A stretch of 64,000 nucleotides of DNA from Blasia pusilla (lineage: Eukaryota), in NCBI GenBank assembly GCA_050084515.1, contig CM114271.1, forward strand, positions 27,900,001 to 27,964,000, read 5' to 3'. The stretch's first letter is position 1; each line of letters starts with the position of its first letter. A program made the translations under genes and the position numbers. Under the pieces are notes generated by a model, which did not search any database, was not told the DNA's origin, and saw only the letters and a list, made by a program, of their open reading frames with translations. This document shows positions 13,969-27,639 of this stretch, piece after piece.

Positions 13969-16900
13969 TCAGTTAGTGTCAAGTGACATTTGGGAATCGA
14001 ATTCAGAGAAATCCTCAAAGTAGGCTTTGAAGTGTTGGTATGCATATCCAACATCATCGACTCCACACATCTCCCTTATGCTGTGCATAGAAAGCTGTGG
14101 TGTTCCAACATCAACTGTTCGTATGCCAGTTCCACTTGCCACGATAGGTCCGATGGTGGATCCACAACCCATATCATTCCGAACCACAAACTCCTGTACA
14201 AAATGGCCACAAGGATTAGAGCATTCAGGTAGACAGTCTCAGATTCATATAGGGATTTCAGCTTAGTCATAAAACTGGACCTGCAGATATTCTCAGGGAT
14301 AATCAAGCATCTTCAAGACTTGAAGTAATTCCAGAGCACTCCTGCTGGACTAATGAGCTTCAGATGGACAGATTTCTCAGGGACTCGAAGAACTAGGCCA
14401 CGAGAGACTCTTATACCAGTGAACAGTGATATTAGGCATCTCTCGGGCCCCTTGGAAGATAACTTCAAGTAAGTTCCAATCCAGTTCTTCAAGAAAGACA
14501 TCCAAGGATTTGACTTGGTTTTACAGGAGAAGAGTTTCAAACAAGCCCGTTCAGAAGTCAACTTACTATTCAGGTGAAGAGAGTTTGCAAGCAGAGATAC
14601 CTGAGTTGGTATGTCATGGCGATTCCCAATTTCTCCAAATATCAGGGCAGTTACAGCATTGGTGGCGTATCTCTGATTAGCATTGTGTTTGATCACTAAG
14701 CCTTTATGCACTTGTGGCTGATGCCTTTCATCATGCTTGTCCTGTATTGAAACAAACAGCAGATTCATCCAATAAATGTGGTCTTCCAAATTGAAGCTTA
14801 TTTATGAGATTAAACATCTCATTGCATAGTTAAATTGACCCGTTTTCATGCATAAAATTATCTCAAGAGGTGTGTTGTTACCATATAATTCGGATGAAGG
14901 GAGTGTGCCATGTCTGCAGACACGAAGAAACTTCGCTGGATTGCTTGCTCAAAAACACTCTGAACACAGAAAACAAAACATAACTTCCAGCTCAATCCAC
15001 ATATTGATTGCCCAAACTTAACTTTTGACACCTCAATGGCATCCAACAGGCAGATTGTGTAATAAATTATGCATTTCTGCAGTGCTCGTGTCAAACAGAA
15101 CCTTCAATTTAGAATCACTTGAAAATATTTATGCAGCAAACTTGAGAGAAGATCGAATATGAAATACCACTACTATGCATAGTATTAAGGAGAATACCAA
15201 GTATTACTGCTTCAACTATGACTATCCACTCACCTTAGAGGTCGAGTCTGCTTCTGTAAAATGCGCAGTAATTCTTTTTAGTGCATCGATAAAGACAGGA
15301 GAGCCAGCACCTTGAGCTGATTTAGATCCTATTTCCTCGTGGTCAAACAACGCAATCATCCTCACCCCAACCTCATTAGTCAGAGCGTCTTCACTTGATG
15401 TCGCATCAATAAGACCCTGCCAAATAAAAGATCCGGATGATCAGTGAAATTCGACATCTGACTGCATATCGTATCTCTAAGCTTTCATCATCTGTACCCT
15501 TGAAAGGTGATTCTACATCCACAGGTGATCTGTCTGATAAAGAACCCAAGCAGCTTCTACTGCAGTCATCACGCAACAGTCAACTATCCAGGTAGTCCAC
15601 ATGGATAAAGCACAATACTCAAGTAACGGGAATATCCCCCACCTTTAGGGCACAGAATGAGCTGCAGAGGTTGTCAAGACGACCAGAGAAAATGAACTCG
15701 TTCAATGCACCACCTATTGCACTTGGTTGGGTGTCAATCACATCCATATCAAAGTTGCAGATATCATCTGGTTGACACTTCAATTCATCTGCCAAAATCT
15801 GCATAAATAGGGGATACAGTTATTGGCCCATCACGTACACAGGACGGAAGGGGATGATGATTCACGTGTACTAAGTTCCAATCAGTAAGAACTTGCATGC
15901 AAAAACTACTTTCTGCTCAGGTGCCCTGGGGTTTCAATCAAGACACAATAATGGCTATAACTGTGTCTAGCACTTGCCTGCAAAAGAAGTGGATGGTGAT
16001 TCTGATTCTTGAGCACCTTGAGATCTGCTGACTTGTCAACAGTCTCACAGGTTGGTTCTGAAGCAGACATAGGCCTACAAATCCTATCCTGTTTTCCATA
16101 CATTTAAGTTAGCTTCCGTCTGCTGTAAATAGATTATATGGATCTTAGGATGTGTGAATAATAGGATGATATTCACACATCCTAAGATCCACAAAACAGT
16201 ATTTTGCAGATGGACCCAATCTCCAAGACATTCCTTCCATCTCATGACAGAAATCTCATCACAGACAACAGACATTCGGTGCTACAATCATGGTACCATA
16301 GTTTAAAATAAAATGCCCAGTCCCTTCACCATGAACAGCAACATATAATGGCACTAATATAACTTTCCAGTTTTCAAGTACAGTTACTCATCAAGGAGTT
16401 TTTTTTCGCTTCCTTGCCATGACACTGTGCTGAAGAGTCATCAAGTACCAACAGCTTTGGCTAATTGGTGAAGCCAGGAACAGTCAAGACAAGATGCTAG
16501 TTCTGGAAATGAAATGGAAACCGACCTTGATTACAGTTGCCAAAACTGGCACAAACTGAGTCTGGTTGTTGAACTTAAAGCCATCAGACACATTTCTGTG
16601 CAAAATGATACACTCGTTAGGTTGGAATGTTCCTATGAATTCATTAAAAATGCCATAAAGTTATGTGCCGGAAAAAGCCCTGTCACCCTGAGAGTTGCAG
16701 TATCATTACAAATAAATCTTCTCATCACACCTGTTCACTATCTATCATTAATACTCAAGTTTTAAAGTGCAGAGACAATATCAAGAAAACACCAAAGCCA
16801 ACAATCAACTACTAAAGAAGTGAGCTCCGTGAATTTACCACCTGTCCAAGTGAATAGCTAGAGTGGGCACTCGGAGAATTGCTCTGGGAATATGAACCAG

Positions 16901-18281
16901 TTCATGTGAAAGTATCTCCTTCCCCTCTTTGATTCGCCTAACAAACACGCGGCCCCCCACTGTCAAATCCCGGTCAAACCACGTGTGCCACAATCCACCT
17001 CCATACAACTGAACTCCGAGTTGCAAGAAGCCACCTTTGGAAGTCTGGACAAAACCTCCTGATTAGTAACGAGAAACCCCACACTCCATCTGAAAAGTTC
17101 TTTTGTTTCAAGCCACTGAGGATATCGAAAAATTCATTGGGCGATTTTTCCACCAGTGACAAGGACTCCTAACCACCTTTCCACAATGAAATCATCTTTC
17201 CGTTACCAGTAGAAAAAAAAACTGTTATAAAAGCAGGTAGAAGTAGGAGACAAGATTTGGTAACATGAATTCTACTCCTTCAGTCCCTGGATCAATCCCT
17301 ATCGACAATAAATCCATTCACTCATTCGTTTTTTTGGACTTACCTACTGATGGGAGACTACATTCCTAAGATGGACGCAAGAAGAAATGATGGTTTGCTG
17401 TCCACAAGTCCAAAGGACCAAATCATCATCATCCAAACAACATATTAAAGCATTAGATCAATTGTGAAATAGCCCAGTACCAAGCAGAAGAAAATCTCAT
17501 GGATTACTCGAAATTTACCTTTGAAACAGGCTTTAACTTGGGACATGGGCTATCAGTATGACAGCCAATAGCAATAAACCCATTTCCTGCCTTGTACCTG
17601 CAACATCATGTCACCTACTCGAAATCAATTGCAGTGCTACTTAACGGGCGTGATTTCTGAGTTTCCCATCCTTCGCATGCTAGAGCAGAAATGCCAACCC
17701 TGAGGCCCAAATTGCAGTGGAGAGCCCCAGGGGAAGCTCTCTTGATTATTGGAGTGCAACAGTCGTACCTCTTCCCAACAGCGAACGCCACAATGGTCGA
17801 TTGATTACGCGTAAAATAGTACTTGCCCCCTGGGCTCAAATCCCATGTCTCCCTCTCGGACAAATGCACGTACCCTGCCTGTTTCAACCTCACCTTGGCC
17901 TCATCTGTGAAACGAATACAGAGAGTAGAATTAGACTTCCAAAGTGCACGTCTCCGGGACATCATTCGGCACCAGCCAACCCCATCGATCCATCGATCAT
18001 CTATTCAAAACTGACAGGAGCTTCTCGCTAACAGAAGTGATGGCAAAAAGGACCCAGACTTAAACCCTAAGACCTCCCCAGCTGAGCGTCAATGGAGTTG
18101 CACTCACAAACATCGCGCACTTACGAACTGCATGGAAAGGAGTGCACGCCCCATTCAGAAACCCCACAAGCTCCTCCGCCACGCTCTCCTTCGCCGCCAT
18201 CGATCCATTCGGAATTCCCTCTCCCTCGCCCGCTTCCACCACCTCGGAATTGAGGATCATCTTGTCGGATTCCACACTCAT
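13969..18281 (-). CDS. Aspartyl aminopeptidase (peptidase M18), ~11 exons
   Basis: Exonic motifs [148 protein letters not shown]. First in-frame ATG taken as 18281; an alternative start is at 18200. Confidence 0.93.
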
Positions 18282-18988
18282 TTGAAGCTTTCCGCTCGTT
18301 ATCAAAATTCTTGCAGATGCGTAATCCGAAGAATCTCCGACTACCTCCACACACCTCTAGGTCCGCGTCCGTCTCAAGCGCCCTGCACTGCTTGGAACAA
18401 CGATCACCCTGTCTGTACCTACACACGGGACTCAGCCCAGTGGTTCCTCGCCATGGAGAAATAGCAACAAATCAGGAAGCGTAAGAGTGTGCAAACCAAG
18501 AAATCTCGGCACCTTCTCTACTACTAGACACTCCATGCTAGACACTGTCTTTTCAGGTAGGTGGCCATTGGCTGTGCCACCTGTCTTCTCTAAATGTTCA
18601 GTTCCATCTAACTACGCTGGAGAAGCATGCAAGATGACGGTCGGAGATCTCGTAAGAATTCTTTGCTGAGCACGAGCAACCTAAACAATCGCCCTCCCAT
18701 TCCATTCTAATCTCAAGGCGCCCGAGTAAGTAATAATTCAAATGGAACAGGATACAGTGATTTAAATTAAATAGGTTTTGACACACACTTGGTCGTGCTT
18801 TCCCAAACTAAAATTCCACCCTCTAATACTGGGAAGGGTGGAAAAGGATTTTGTGTAATGGAGAATCATTTATGTTTATGATAATTACTAATAAGATTGA
18901 ATAATATGCAAATTTGCATTTGGAAAATAAGTTTTAATATTTTGAAAAAGATAAGAAAATTAAAAATGAAAACGTATTTTAATTAAAA

Positions 18989-20203
18989 ATAGTAGATTGT
19001 CCGTGCATGGATAATTGGAAAATAAATCTCATTCTTTTATTTCAATCAAGGATCTTCTTATACATTACATTTCGCGTGTAATGACCTTCTTTATTTGAAT
19101 ATTCATTGCTTCCAATCGTAATTTGGATAGAACTTCTCTTCCCTACTCTAGATAACGCTACATACAATTAACCATGAGAGAAAATTGGAGTAGGCAACTA
19201 AATTCCAACAATTTGAAGAGTTTGATCTTGATACTTATTAATAGTCATAGCAAAAGTTGGACGAATAGGGAATTGAAATCTACGTAGATCAAATGGCAAA
19301 CTAGAGTTGGATGCAATCAATGGGATACGTGGAATAAAAACTCAATCTCTAATATTCTTCCATGTGATGATTCCAGAATCTATGCAATGTTGCATCAATC
19401 CACAAATCACCAATCTCGTCACGCTTGCTTGTTCTTGTGATCCATTCATGTTTCATAAAAGCATGATTGGTGAACAAATTTTCAAACATAAACGATGTGG
19501 AGGTAGTCCAGAAGGCAAGCATGCGTTCAAATATTTAGTGGGATATATATGAGTCATCCCCTCGTCAGGAATAGAATCAACGTTGAGGTATATATGATCC
19601 TATCAACAATAAAAGAGAATGTTAGGAAAAGAATGATAATAAGACTTTATGAAAGATTAATGAAATCCACTAAAATTAGAAAGAATAATGATAAGTGTAA
19701 AATAATCATTACCTCTCCAGGAAATCGAGACATGATATCTGCGTTTATATCGTCAAGGTCTCTAATTCTCGGTGTTAGAATAGTCGTATCTCTCAAGAAG
19801 TCAATATTATGAAATTGGCTACATGAATTTCCATAGATGGTATTTATAAGATCACGTATATTATTACTTTTAGTAACCATTTCTGATAGTAATCGTATAA
19901 AATCATCTCCAAAAGGAGGGTACAGAGATACACGACCCCCTCCCACCTCCAATAACCAATTAGCGAAATCTTGTTGATCAGCACGCAAATGAGCTTCTTT
20001 CCGTTGTTCTCGCATGTTTGTCATTAACTTCATTAATTTGACATTAAACCATAGAAATGACCACTTAATAGTTGCTTGGATAGTTTGTGGACAATCCCCA
20101 TGACGGACAACATGCAATACTTGACGAAAGTCACCATCAAATATAATGAGTTTGCCTCCAAATGGTACTTGTCGTAATTGAGGAGAGACCATGCCCATAA
20201 TAA
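18989..20203 (-). pseudogene. Helitron PIF1-family helicase, C-terminal part, with an intron and a probable 3' terminus
   Basis: PFGGKLIIFDGDFRQVL, FANWLLEVGGG, ILTPR, SGLPPHRLCLK, VFIPRIPL, RRFQFPIRPTFAMTINK and FSHG*LYVALSRV. A GT-AG intron follows FPGE (~19603-19712). A small palindrome (tccatgcacgga on minus) and a degenerate CTAG end lie near 18990-19012. Confidence 0.85.
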
Positions 20204-21137
20204 AACTAGTAGAAAAGGGGCTATTTTAAACCCAAGTGTTAGTGACTCATGTTACTAAGAGTCATTAAAACTATTAATAATTACTCAACAACCAATCAAG
20301 TGACTTGTTTATTTCTCATACTATCGTGGAGTCACAATTACTGACTAGAGTAAAATAGAGGGAAGAAGTTTTTTTTATCTGCTAATTCATGCTTAATAGC
20401 TCATGAACTACTTCTTTATATTTATGAATAATGATAGGTCCTCTAGAAAGCGCTTAAGAAACAACTATATCTCAAGGGAGAGGGGTAAAAGTTGTGCTAG
20501 TAGGGGTTAGAAAATTGACTAACACTAACTAAGGCAAGAGAGGATACTATAACTAGAGATCTTAAGAAGGAAATATGAGAAAATGAAGTTAACCCTAAGA
20601 CATTAGAAGCCTAAACCTGCATGCTTTGTTCAAGCACGTCGTCATCCAAAGGCGCGCTTTCCCTTTCGTGCACTCACTCTTCATTTTTTCCGAGAGCTTT
20701 GCAGAGGGCTTTATGTGTGAAAGTAGAAGGAGGGTGTGTGTTGTAAGCGTGATTCGAGTGGAAGTAGCTGACATGACTCCATCGGCGCATTTCTGCCTTG
20801 TGAGTTCTTCGTTTTGCTCAATACCTATTCTTTTCTGAAAAATTGTGAGACACTTTATTTTATTTCTGTTGTGTTGAGATTTTTCGCGAGTTGCCGTAGT
20901 GTTTTGAGGCAATGCGTCACCATTTACAGTCCTGAATCTTCCGCATTTGTTCAATATAGTTAACACATCATCCATCTATCCACCCCACCACTCATCGACT
21001 AGCTATCTCCCCTGATCCATACCACTTAATACTTATTCAATTTTTCGCCTTCACAACCGCAGCTAGCACATTCACAACCAGCGGATTCCCATCTTCACTT
21101 CTCCACTATTACTCCAACAACAAACATTGATCAATCT

Positions 21138-21206
<69 letters not shown>
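21138..21206. repeat. Compound (CT)n(AT)n microsatellite
   Basis: Direct reading. Confidence 0.95.
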
Positions 21207-21209
<3 letters not shown>

Positions 21210-21446
21210 ACCGAAGGTAGCACTCACAATCAGAGCAGCTCCGATGAGATTCGTGTTGGTAGCATCCAAATAAACTCGCGGAGAAGTTATACATTATTTT
21301 TTTTTTGGTCCTGCGGTCCCTTCCTTTCCACCGCCCATTCAAAAACTTTGTCGTTGGCATCATAGATGTATTCCATAGTGTTATCCAACACTATTATGCC
21401 CTCGATGTCCACTAACCTCGTCTTCATCCATTTCTGCATCCTTGGA

Positions 21447-21644
<198 letters not shown>

Positions 21645-23139
21645 GTGGAGGCATTGCACACAATGATGTTGATTTTTGGCAACCGTGTATCCAAATTGCG
21701 ATCTGTGCATTGACCTAGAATGTGGAACACCTCATCAACAACTCAAATTTGTTCTCCCATTGCACAGTTGTGTCCCTTGGATCCCAGATCGTGGGAGTGG
21801 GTCGGTAGGAAGAGTGCTTTAGTGATGCATGAGTGGAACCTCATATGTGGAAGCGTACAAAGTCGGTCTATGCTGATCTTTGTTCTTCATTGGCGCCCTC
21901 TACAATACATTTCTTATCATTTGTAGTCTGAATTCTTTATCACCTTGATTACGCGTCGATCATAGAGAACTTTCTAGCAAATCTTGCAGTGCGTCTCGTG
22001 AGTCCGCCCTTTTTTATCTCAAGCCAGATCTCTCCTTGGATACAGGCAGGGATTAGCCTTTCATTCAGAGTGACTGGCGTATTGTAAACCTCAAGTCTTG
22101 CGTGGTTTTGAAGTATGAACCGATGTGTGCAGCGGTTCTTACCGCACACATCTTACGCGAGCTTGCCTTTCCAGAGAAGCATTGCTTATGTTCAAGGATT
22201 GCTCTCTCTCTCTCTCTCTCTCTCTCTTATCCCCTTCTCTTCTCCTCTCAAATACAATCTCACAGAATCCGTTGCATGTTAGCGCATTCCGATGCGCTAC
22301 AAGGCGACGGATTAGTTTTGCTTTGCTATGATCTCCTCACCGCTCTTACGCTCTACTCTAATCTGCACTTTGAATGCCATGCAATGCAGCGTAAGGGAAT
22401 TGATTCATATCCATCAAGCCTAGAGACTCCATTATCCTACAAAGCCTCTCTCGGGACTCTACCGTACTAAATGCATCGGAAAAACATGAAGTGGGGCATT
22501 TTTGTTTAAGGTTGTTCAAACTATAAGTAGTGTGCAAATTTTATATAGATACTGTAATGGTGTAATAAACACCAGTGGATAGATTTATCAACCTTGGCCG
22601 ATAGAACATCGGGAAGCATGTTTTTGTTTTTTTGTCCTGTGGTACCTAAAATGAATTACCGATGAGAATTGGGAGAGAAAATTTTGGAATTTCCATTTTG
22701 TTTCATCTTTAAAGCGCGAGTTCATAGAGCATTTCCAAAGGGACTGGGGACATATCATGGTCTCTCTCTCTTTTGCATATGCTCCTAATACAAAGCTGCT
22801 ACGGTGTCTACTTCACTATAGTTGGATCTTAAGATCGACAATGCTAGCTGCTTTGCTGTAAGTTGTGTGCAAACTGAATAGTTCTTAGCAGAACCGTCTT
22901 GTTGGATTAAGCTTCGATCGACAAGAATCAAGCAATAGATGAAACCATCCATCTTGGTTTGAGACAGAATACACACTCTCTAACTTTGGTAAAAAAGACT
23001 CATTTGCTCTCAAAATGAGAGCAAATGAGACTCCCCTCGCATATTTTATGTTTGGGTGATTACCATTGAGACTATTAGGAGAGCTCCAGGATTCAGAAAA
23101 TAAACTCTTAACAACACTTTCTACCTTACCTGATTGGGG

Positions 23140-23222
23140 ACACCAAAATCATTCTCTGTTTCCAGACTTGAAAATAAGTTCCATCAAACTTAGGAATATT
23201 TGAAGCTCTAAGATGAGCCATT
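23140..23222 (-). pseudogene. Possible Ty1/copia gag N-terminal remnant
   Basis: Minus strand reads MAHLRASNIPKFDGTYFQVWKQRMILV, resembling the copia gag PKFDGxNF..WK.RM motif; no further support. Confidence 0.45.
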
Positions 23223-23526
23223 ACAAGATTCACCTGGCTTTCCTCTCAATTTCTACGCCCTCAATTGGAGTAAGATTTAAAGCACATGAAAGCACACCCA
23301 CTTTGGGCGCGCGCTTGATATCTCTAGCCAGTCACACAAATGTCCTTCTATAGAAACACAATGCTTCTTGGACATTCTTCTAAGACAAAACTGATCAGGC
23401 ATTGCTTCTCATGACTCGTCATGGGTCACTTATGGACTCCTCATTTGCTTCTCTCTCTATACCCATCCTAGTCTCAAGCACCGTCCAACCTACTTAAAGT
23501 GCTACGTTTGGCACTACTTAATGGAT

Positions 23527-23530
<4 letters not shown>

Positions 23531-23620
<90 letters not shown>
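23531..23620. repeat. (TC)~45 microsatellite
   Basis: Direct reading. Confidence 0.97.
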
Positions 23621-23623
<3 letters not shown>

Positions 23624-25214
23624 GTGTGAGTGTTGACATAAAGTGTTGGTGCAGAGATTCAAGTGTTATAATTGTTGGTGGTTGGTAGAGCTTTGAAAGA
23701 GTCAGAGCATATAATAAGCAGGTATAAAAATCTGGAAGCTACGATTTCCCTGAATGCGGTTAAAAAGGTATGAAATCTGATTGAAATTCATGGGATTTTC
23801 TTGTAGGAACTTATTGGATATCTTAATGGACATGTGCGTCATATAGTGCAATAGAAAAAATCCAAGAGTTATACAAAAACAATCCCTCCTCAATATCAGA
23901 GATCCCTTGTACCAATCCATGAAAAGATCCATAAGTGGATACTTGAGGGAGAGGTGGATGATCTGTATGGTGACTTCTTTGTATACTTAGTTTTGAACTA
24001 CTGTTTTGTTCCTTAGTAAATATTTAGGAATGTAACATCCTTCATGTCTCTGGATAGCATCAGAGTGATGGCGGGTGTTTCGTTCCAACCAATAGTTGAA
24101 AATGACTCAGGGTACTTTTTGTCCGGATTAAGGAGCCTTCCTTTTGAAGTGAAGGTCAAGATCTTTACCATGAGCAGGCCTACTAGTCTTTTGGACCGTA
24201 TCCTTGTCATCCCAGAATTTGCAAGGGCAAACATTTGTTACTTTCGTGCTTACTCTGACCGTTATTGGACCCCAAATAGGCGACAAAGGCGGACTAGGAA
24301 TTGGCTATTCCGCTTAGAAGATCCCCACGTGTATGTGCGATTTGTAGACATTGTTATGTGGAGGGAGGATACAAGAGCACTATTAGCATGGCTAATGCTT
24401 GGGATCACCCGCAAGGTCACTCTTCATATGTGTCATGATGCAGGGGGATTCTCCGCGGGGAGGATCATCCCATTGTTAGGAAGGCACGAGCCATCATTGA
24501 ATATGCGCGTTCTACTGCTAGCCACAGGGTAGAGGTTATTCTTGAGTATTGTAGTATTGGGGAAGTTGTAACCTCGGGGGACTTAGTATGCATTCGCTCA
24601 AGTCGTAGAACAATTTCTAGGAAAGTTTGCATATGTTGCCTAGACATCTGCCATGAGGTTGTAGTATGGCAACGAGTCAGATCCGTAACCTAACTTAAGG
24701 CCCTTCATGTGGCAGACGGATAACATTTGTAATTGTAAACATGAAGACAATAAGAGGATCCATTTTTGCCAATCATTGATTAAGTCACCAATATTTTTCT
24801 TCATTGATGGAATTGGGCTTATTTTGAGGGGGCATGGTGTGTGTACACTCTTGACCTTGGACGATAAAATATGCTATTACGGGGATGTATACAACCAAAT
24901 AATTAATAAGAAATAATGATTTTTGTAGAAACAATTGCTTCTTATGCTACTTAACTTTAACTTGTTCTATGTACAGGTACGAAAGGATCGACTATTGGAA
25001 ATCCGAGTATCGTGAAGGCTATAGGTAACCTCCACATCCACTGACATCCATTTTTTAGCTTTTTTTTTTCCATGCGTGAATCATGGACATTCAAGATCCA
25101 TTGAATTTCTACACCTATTCCTAATCTTATTGTCTTTTGTCTCGAAATGTAGGAGTAACCAATGTACAAGGATGGCGTGCCTGAAATACCAGCCCAAGAA
25201 AACCCCCGAGGTGA

Positions 25215-25828
25215 GCACTTATGCGCCATATAGTGCAATTCAGGTTTTGCAAAAGGAAGCCCACATTTATGCAATCTGTGATGATGGGGAAGACCTGGTT
25301 GTTTGCGACGGGCCTTGTGCTAGACACTTCCACGCAACTGCAGAATCAACGGGGGCTATAGAGAACTCTTGTCCAGGGCTCAACCTCCCACCAAACCACG
25401 AGGGGAGCTGGTTGTGCTAGGATTGTGTGAAGCAAATGGCGAGGTGTGCCAAGTGTGGTCTAGAGGGGAGTTTTGCAGAGAGCGAGGATTCTGGGGTTCG
25501 TGTGAGAAAGTGCCCAGATACCTTTTGTGTGAGGTTTTTTTGCTTTACTTGTTTGCCTACGGGAGTGGAGTCTTGCCCCATGCATTATTGCCTAGAATGC
25601 CATAAGCATGATGAGGATTTGTGGGAGGACATGGTCTATTGTCCTAGATGCCCCACTGCATGGCATTGGACTTGCTTGAAGAAGGCTATGAGCAAGGGTT
25701 ATGCATGCGATCGGATTATATATGACCATGCTGCATGTGGTGAGGATAGGTGGTGGTTCTATTGCCACCAGCACAAAGTTGTTCCCACACTTCAGATTCC
25801 TTTGGGAGATCATATTTCATGGATTTGA
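25215..25828 (+). pseudogene. EDM2/NSD-like multi-PHD finger module carried by the CACTA element (one premature TAG)
   Basis: ORFs 25076..25420 and 25427..25828 share a frame across one TAG: AICDDGEDLVVCDGPCARHFHAT...CPGL...WLC*DCVKQMARCAKCG...CPDTFC...CPMHYCLEC...CPRCPTAWHWTCL...FYCHQHK...PLGDHI, colinear with the EDM2 PHD region. Confidence 0.8.
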
Positions 25829-26344
25829 TTTTCAGGTAGGCAGATTAGAGATTTGTGTCTGAACAGAATTTCGTGGCATTTTGGTGGAGAGTGCAGGGTA
25901 GCCACTTCTGATGTAAAGAGGGTCGAGGCTCTAAACATGCTTACTAGGTAGGTGGTATGACTTTGTATAGAGACTCGTCATTACCTACCCTCTGATTTTG
26001 AGAGTTCCAATCTTTTGAAATTTTGATCGAATGGCCATAATTGCGAAACTTTATAATATCAGGTTTTGTATCAACATTATGCAGTTTTTTTTGTTATGGA
26101 AGAATGAAATGTAATCATGGTGGTTTCTAAAAGACTGTTGTGATTAGGCTCTTGATTAGGACGTGTCTTTTTGCAGGTGGAATTCTGTATTCATTTATCA
26201 TCCATTGCCATATCCAATCATGCAAGTATAGCTTTAGAGCTAGGTAGTCCATCATGGAAAAACATTGGCAACAAAGTACCAAAATTAGAATTGTTGAGCT
26301 TCCCCCACTCCCAAGTGACGGTGTCTCTAAAGTGTTAATGTGTC

Positions 26345-27100
26345 ATGAGACCTTACCCGGATCCCTGCAAAAAGAGAGGTTGGCATCGTATCCCATGCCA
26401 ACCTCTCTTTTTAGCCTGCATCATGGCCTCCCCTGAATTGCCCCATGATGAATGGTGTCGGCTTAAGACAAACTTTGTGAAATTGGGTGGGAGAGAGACT
26501 GATTGTCTCCGTGACGCCACACATGGCATTTCTGGGAATTGGGTAAGAGTTTTGGAGCATTTCAGATGGACCATCCTGAATTCCCAGAGGAATGAACGGG
26601 GTGTTAAATATGTCCACATAGATTGGTTGTCCTTCTCCAAGTAGGATGTAAGATTGCATAACCCTGACGACCATGATCTATTCCAAAGTAAATCAAGCTC
26701 GATGGCTATTCTGAGGGAAAAGAAATTGTATTGGAAGAATGTGAGGGAAGGGAAACCACTCCTAATTGGTCCGCCACCCACTCCACATCCAACTATGTTT
26801 GGTCGGGTGAGGGTAGTATTTGTCCCTGACATTATATCTCAATGGAGGTTGACATGGATGAAGAGAAAAATTCTAGAATGTGGTGGGCATGTGGAAGACA
26901 TGGTGGATAGGAATACCATCCACTTGATTTGCTGATCCTTTTCCAAAGCCCGTAGACATCATGGAAAGACATTGATTCATTTGTGGATCTCATCTCAAGG
27001 TCTGTATGTGCTTCATTACAACTGGGTCAAAGAATCCATTGAATTGGGAAACTTGGTAGAAAGTAGTCCACATGACTTGATTGGAAACAAGCCAGTGAAA
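26345..27100 (+). pseudogene. Tandem BRCT-like domains in the CACTA element
   Basis: Repeat 1: PLFLACIMASPELPHDEWCRLKTNFVKLGG...DATHGI...VKYVHIDWLSFS. Repeat 2: TMFGRVRVVFV...MKRKILECGGHVEDMVDRNTIHLIC...VLHYNWVKESIELG. Both show the BRCT GG, THLI and WxxxS pattern; interrupted by stops. Confidence 0.7.
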
Positions 27101-27639
27101 TAGCCATACCGGATCAACCAAGTCTTTGGAGACATGGAGGAGCTTACAGATGAGTGGCAAACCACAGATGACGAAGAAACAAATTCCACCAGTTTGGATG
27201 GTTGCGAAAGTAGTGCATAGACCATATACTAAGACATGTATTATTTTATTCAATGTGGGTTCCGTCTCATTGATTTTGCCTCAATACCAGGTTGCTCGAA
27301 TATGTCCACATGTAGTGACTACGTTCCAAGCTGGCCAATCAATTGTATAAAGGTGGGGAATATCAACAGCCTCGCGCATTTTTGTTACCACCCTATAAGT
27401 TTATAAACATATTTTTTTATGGTTGATAGTGAAGTTTGGTATCTTTAGGGTTTCATGGATGTCCCACCTAGCATTTTGCCTCCCTACTGGGGGCAAAATG
27501 CTCATCATCATGCACCCATAGGCAATCCTCCACACCGCTTCGGACCTAAAACAAGCAGGTTACCATTCCTTGGTTTTTTTATGTCGTTGCTCACCAGATA
27601 CCGGTTGGCTAATAATGGCATGACCTCTACAGGAAATGT

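Noticed and set aside
23450-23492. ~40-bp similarity with 39232-39272, each next to a (CT)n tract
   Set aside because: Real but too short to assign; likely fragments of an unidentified repeat.
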